A DNA stretch of 64,000 nucleotides. It comes from the human T2T-CHM13v2.0 reference genome, Homo sapiens. The notes under the pieces were generated by a model. That model was not told the DNA's origin. It did not search any database and worked only from the letters and a program-made list of their open reading frames with translations. The stretch lies in NCBI RefSeq assembly GCF_009914755.1, contig NC_060931.1, one strand, 5' to 3'. Below are positions 58,470 to 64,000 of this stretch, one piece after another (the stretch's first letter is position 1; each line of letters begins with the position of its first letter). A program made the position numbers and the translations under genes.

Positions 58470-58603
58470 TGTTGGTCTCTCTTTTAATTGAGAAATCCCT
58501 GAGGAAGGAAATTGTCTTGTCCACCTCTATTCTCCCAATATTTCATGCAGTGCCTAGTACACAGTATGCACTTAACATAATTTGTTGCATAAAGGAATGA
58601 ATA
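58470..58603 (+). mobile_element. L2 3' end fragment
   Basis: CAGTGCCTAGTACACAGTATGCACTTAACATAATTTGTTGCATAAAGGAATGAAT. Confidence 0.6.
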
Positions 58604-60291
58604 TAATTATGCTAATGTATACTTCATCCCACTGGTGTCCTTTTAGTACCATAGCATGTTAGTAGAAAGTCTCAAAAGTAGTCATAGCTATTAACCCAAC
58701 ATTTGTTTCTTTTATATTGGAATAAATGGGGGAAACATTAAAACAATTTCCAAATGCACGAGACCATTCAAAAATGTTCATCATATCATGGAAAAACATT
58801 TCCCCTTCAAGGTTCATACCACCTTATTGTAGATTGATTTCCAAATAAATAGATTTCAAGGTGGTTTTTAAAATGTATGTACTGATTGACTTTTACCTAT
58901 GTTTGCAACAAGCACAGCACTAACAACAATAATTTGGTGGAGAAAACTGCATGAGAAGAGTTAACTGACTGCTTCTTTATTCTGAGTGCAGAGTACTGTC
59001 TAGTGAACTCTTGAAATCCAGAATTTAGTCTGGCTGACAATTTTGCTGTGAGAAAGTGTCTGGCAATCAAGAAATAAATTAATCTAGTTCTCCAAACAAT
59101 CCTCAGTGGGAATTATAGAGGAGTGAGGAGAATTCCTTTGGATGAACAGATGTTTTTATCAGAATGTTTTTCTGTCTCCACTTTGACAGTGCTTATGAAC
59201 TATTCACAAAATATGCATTTACTGCAAAGAGGTACTTTGTTGCCCATTTATGATTAGGGGCCATGTTTCCTGGAATAGTCTGGAATAAACCCAGTTATAC
59301 TGTTGCTGTATGATCCAAAATCGAAGATCAATATGAAAAAAGTTCAGAAATGTCATTGGACTGGATGCTAAATGTAGTTCATTGTGAAATGAACCTGAGA
59401 GTCACCACTTAAGATACTGTTCTGGGTCATTTAGGTCAGACAATAGAAGCAGAAAAAGAAATGCAAACAAAGAATTTTCCTAACCCTGTCTTTAAAATAT
59501 AGCTAAGAAACTGCAGTGAGGGGGTGTGAATTTCCAGGCACTCTGGGAAGAGGTGAAAATTAAAATCTAGCTGCTTATTCCCCCCAGAACAGGTTGTTTC
59601 CGTCTCCTGAAAAACACAAAGAAGAAATCATGCACCACATAAAGTCATATCCCTTTAAAGCTTCTGTTAGTACTAGGTTCATTTATTTTTCCCCGAGCAA
59701 GCATCCTTGGATTCAAGTGAAAAGCTTGAGGCATGTTTGGTAGATGATAATGAATGATGAAGAACCTAGCTAGTAAAGTCACAGTGGAAAATCAGAATGG
59801 TAAGTTTACTTCTACAAACATTTATTTAATAAGGACATGCACAGAAACCTGAAGGCAAAGTGGTTGACGGGAAACAATTATGATATACCTAGGGGCATCT
59901 TTCAACATCTATATCGAACTGATGGGAACTGGGGGAAAAAGGAACAGCAAATGAAATCCTCATCAGTCACTCATAAGAAACATGAAAAGTAGTAACATAA
60001 AAATATCAGACACCTCCTCCATATACATAGAGATAAAGGAAGACTTCCTTGTAGAATTTAATTTTCAGTCATGGTAATAAATTTAGAATAACTGAAAAGA
60101 CAACTTTGCCATCTGAAACAGCCTATTATATCTACCTGTTACCTATTTCTGAATAGTTTTTTTAATGTTATAGAAATTCAACTGTTTCATCTATACCAGA
60201 CATGATTAAAATATATAAATAAGGAATTTAAATTGCCCTGTAATGGAAGCTATGTAAGCTGTCACAGTTAAACTGCATTAAGCAGTAATGG

Positions 60292-60318
60292 TGTGTGTGT
60301 GTGTGTGTGTGTGTGTGT
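60292..60318. repeat. (TG)n microsatellite
   Basis: Direct reading. Confidence 0.93.
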
Positions 60319-60734
60319 ACCAATTACCACTTCTTTTTATTATGGATCACCTTTATTCCTGAATTTATGTGTCTCTCAAATTATAAGGAAAAATATTGCA
60401 GAAATGACTCATGACATTAGGCTTATTTTCCAACAACCAAAGTTTAGAGGGAAGGTAAAAAATTGTAAATGCTTAAAAGCTTTTCTGCTGTGTCAGTAGC
60501 AATTCCAAAAGCCTGTACTTTTTGAAGCATTTATTCTTTGCTCCAAAGGCCATAAAATGGCAAATTCTGAAATAGCAGCACCTTAAAGATATTTTTTAGA
60601 AAGTATAGTCTCCTCTTTAGTGGCACTATGCCTAGAAACTAGTCTTTGTTTCACCCAAAATCATGAGATTGAGTCAGGAAGGGAATAAAATGCTAGAAGA
60701 GTCTTCAAACACATACCATACTCTGAGCACCAGA

Positions 60735-61217
60735 ATCGGCACTTTACACATTACCTTGTTTAATATTTGGAATACCCTAAGTTAAATTTGATCACCGTTT
60801 TACAGGTAAGAGGACTGAGGCCAAGTCCATCTAGCTAAAGTTGACCCACTTGGTAAATAGTGATCTGAGAGAGAAACCCAGTCAGCCTGACCTTAAAACC
60901 TAGGGTGCTAACTCTATAGCCCTTAATTAGATTCCAGGTGGTTTATGTTTCCGGTGTGGTTTTATTCTGGCAAGGCAATCATCAGATCAACTTCTACAGG
61001 AAGCCCTTCCTCACAGCTCCCAGATTGCACCTCTGTCTGCTGTCTCCCAGTGCCCTAAGCCAACCTCAATCAAAATATTGACAACATTAAATTACAAAAT
61101 TAATCCTCTCTAGAATATATAATCCCCTTGGAGGTTGAAATCACAGCTACTTTTGTATCCTACACAATAAGCAGAGTGTCAAGCAAGTAGGAGGAGCTCA
61201 ACAAATATTTAGTGAAT
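60735..61217. mobile_element. MIR fragment (-) followed by L2 3' end (+)
   Basis: TTTTACAGGTAAGAGGACTGAGGC (MIR); AGTAGGAGGAGCTCAACAAATATTTAGTGAA (L2 tail). Confidence 0.55.
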
Positions 61218-61244
61218 TATAATTGAAGTAAGATGATTGGCTTA

Positions 61245-61500
61245 AATTTTCAAACTGTGTTCCATAGAACCCTAGGAATTCTTCAGGACTTGCTTGGTAT
61301 GGGGGGCAGGGGGCGGTAGTGGAATTGCAGAGATAGAGTACTGAGCAGGCAGGAGTTCTGGTCCTCGTCATCACCAGAGCTATAGCCACCCCTGTTGCAA
61401 CTGGAGCGCCTCTTCTTTAATATATTTTTCTATTGAACTTCCACACAATGCGTTTAGTTTGAACAGAGAAATATATGGCTAAAAAATATTTAAGACTATC
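61245..61500. mobile_element. Possible hAT-Charlie-derived MITE remnant
   Basis: TTTTCAAACTGTGTTCCATAGAACCCTAG...GGCTAAAAAATATTTAAGACTA resembles Charlie/MER termini. Confidence 0.4.
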
Positions 61501-62905
61501 AGAGTAGATGGTCACACTTTGATTTTCACAGTTCTACCATGGTTTTCTACTTTCCTCTCAAAAGTCCATAGCGGGATTCCAAGTAATCAAATGTATACCA
61601 AGCAGATACGTGACTGAAGTTGTTGTGGGAAATGGGTGTTGCTGAGTGTGGTGTACTTCATTTGTGTAATGTTTCCAGAATCTCAGGAAAGAAAATCATG
61701 GAACAATACAATATGTGAAACTCATGAAGGTTTAGAATGTGGTCATTTGAAAAAAAAAATTCCTCACCTGACTTTTAGGAATGTTAGAAGGACATCATGA
61801 TGGAAAGGAGACATGAGTTACCCCATGTTTGAGGTTAATAATTGTGAATTCTCCTGCAAATCATGGACAAAAATAAACTCTATTAGAGATTATTATGTGA
61901 GGAGGCATTCCTAGGATCCTTTCTTACCGTAGGTGGTTGAAATCATGCCAAATGGAATAGTCTTCAGGAGCAACTATCCCTGAATATTAAGATCAGCAAA
62001 GGGAAAAATATAGGCAAATAAGGAAATGTTTACCTCACTTTAATGTTAATAATTCTAACTGTGCAGAACTGATTAATCATAAAGGTGAAGAAAGCCCAGA
62101 ACATGGCTGGAGTTTAACCAGGGAGCAGGGGTCCAACTGGAGCTATGCTGCCCATGCACCGATCTCAGTTGCACTGGCAATGGGAGCCTGCATTACACCC
62201 CGAAAATCTATGGCTGTGACATCATGAGGCAAGCGCCAGGCAAATGATGTGAAAGATAATCACAGAGAGTCAGTTGTGGGCTGCATCTACCCTACAAAAT
62301 CAGGGAATGGAGGGGATGTGTAAAGAGTTTATTAAATGTATGTAACACAGAAAAACAAGAATAGAGTCATGAGGAAGGAATATTTGAGTCAGTGCTGTCA
62401 GGAACACTTCTGAGCATAGGACTCCAGCCAATTCACCCACTGAGTCAGGTCAGAGCAGTTCAGCCAATAAGTAACGTTTTACACATCCATTTTGTAAACT
62501 ACCTGGAGGAAGCCAAGAACAAGCTCAACATGACCCTTCCTCCTCTAGAGTGTGTGTAATGTCCTGAGACCACAGCAACCTCCGCAGCCTTGGGCTTAAA
62601 TTGCCCTAGCTGTTCTCACTCTCCTTGAGGGAAAACAGCTGAGATAGGGCCTTCCCCAGAGGCAGGTGTTGAATGAAGATTCATCTACAACATGTTTTTT
62701 GAGTACTGACATTTGAACATTGTCATCCACATTTTACACAAGAGTGATCATACAGAGGTTAGCTGACCTGCCCTGGTCCCAGACCAGTTAAGTGATAAAC
62801 CAGGATGTGAATCTTGTTAGGTTCTGACTCCAGGAGTTAAGCCTCTGTTGATTGTGAAACAGTATGTTTGGATACCACATTGCCTCCCTCTTGTTAAAGT
62901 CTTGA

Positions 62906-63272
<367 letters not shown>

Positions 63273-63399
63273 TGAGCCAAGAGATACATAGCCCAACTTT
63301 TGAAGACTGGACAGCTTTGTGGAAATGATTTGTGCTAATGGAGCACAAGCAAGCTCACAGTGACAAAGCTCATGCCAGCAGAGAGTGAACAGCATAATA

Positions 63400-63620
63400 C
63401 TGAACAGTGTTGAGAACATGGGCTTTATAATCATGCAGACCTGGGCTCAGGTCCTGGTTCTGCAATTTAATCAGTGACCTTGAGGGAGTTACTTCAGTTT
63501 TCTTCATCTGTGAAAATGTTACGGGATCGCTATAAGAATTAACTAAACAAATGATGAAAACTCTTGGCATAGTGCCTGGTACATAAAAAGAGCTTTATGA
63601 ATGCCAGCTATTATTATTAA
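63400..63620 (+). mobile_element. MIR
   Basis: CAGACCTGGGCTCAGGTCCTGGTTCTGC..CTTCAGTTTTCTTCATCTGTGAAAATG..AGTGCCTGGTACATAA. Confidence 0.75.
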
Positions 63621-63899
63621 TGTTGCTATTATTGTATTTGCAATCATGTTTCCATATCACACATTTTTTTCTTTTCCAAGAAAACAAATTTTGCCTATTC
63701 AATCCTTTCTTATGAACCCATAGGATGCAACAGAGAGCTTAAATATATTTTATAGATGATTACTTGTCACTAGAGAATTTGAAATAGAACACTAGTGAAT
63801 TAGGAAATTACTTACTGTCATAGATATGTGCATGTACTAAGATATTAATATTCTAGCATAAGAGGAAGGTAAACAGATAATGAAGAAAAAGTTAATTAC

Positions 63900-64000
63900 T
63901 AGTGCTAATTTTCTTAGGAATGAAAATGATAATGTGGTCATGTAAGAAAATGTCCTCAATCTTAGGGGAAACACATTGAAGTATTTAGGAATGAGGTGTT
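63900..64000 (+). mobile_element. Old L1 (L1MC/ME) 3'UTR fragment running off the window
   Basis: GTGGTCATGTAAGAAAATGTCCT..CATTGAAGTATTTAGG. Confidence 0.5.

Overview
This is AT-rich, CpG-poor primate (human-like) genomic DNA with no recognisable host protein-coding exon, RNA gene or CpG island. It reads as intergenic or deep-intronic sequence built largely from transposable elements. The main feature is a ~22 kb LINE-1 block (10.8-32.7 kb) made of two nested stacks. In the first stack, an apparently full-length ancient L1MA-type element (minus strand, candidate TSD still visible) contains a truncated Tigger3 and a full-length L1PA7-like element. That L1PA7-like element in turn contains a 5'-inverted (twin-primed) L1PA3-like insertion. 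In the second stack, a 5'-inverted L1MA contains a THE1 solo LTR and a 5'-inverted L1PA4-like element. The first inversion junction creates an uninterrupted 673-codon chimeric ORF (antisense-derived N-terminus plus ORF2 residues ~631-1275), and the L1PA7 5'UTR keeps an ORF0-like antisense ORF. Elsewhere there are 4 Alus, MaLR/ERVL/HERV-K(HML-5) solo LTRs (several with perfect TSDs), L2, MIR and DNA-transposon fossils, microsatellites, several fold-back palindromes beside (TA)n tracts, and a few candidate enhancer motif clusters. Subfamily names come from remembered diagnostic sequence, not from a database search, and boundaries of old repeats are approximate. I found no convincing new biological system. 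The best leads are the junction-born ORF, the long L1 inverted-repeat architecture and the palindromic TA array.
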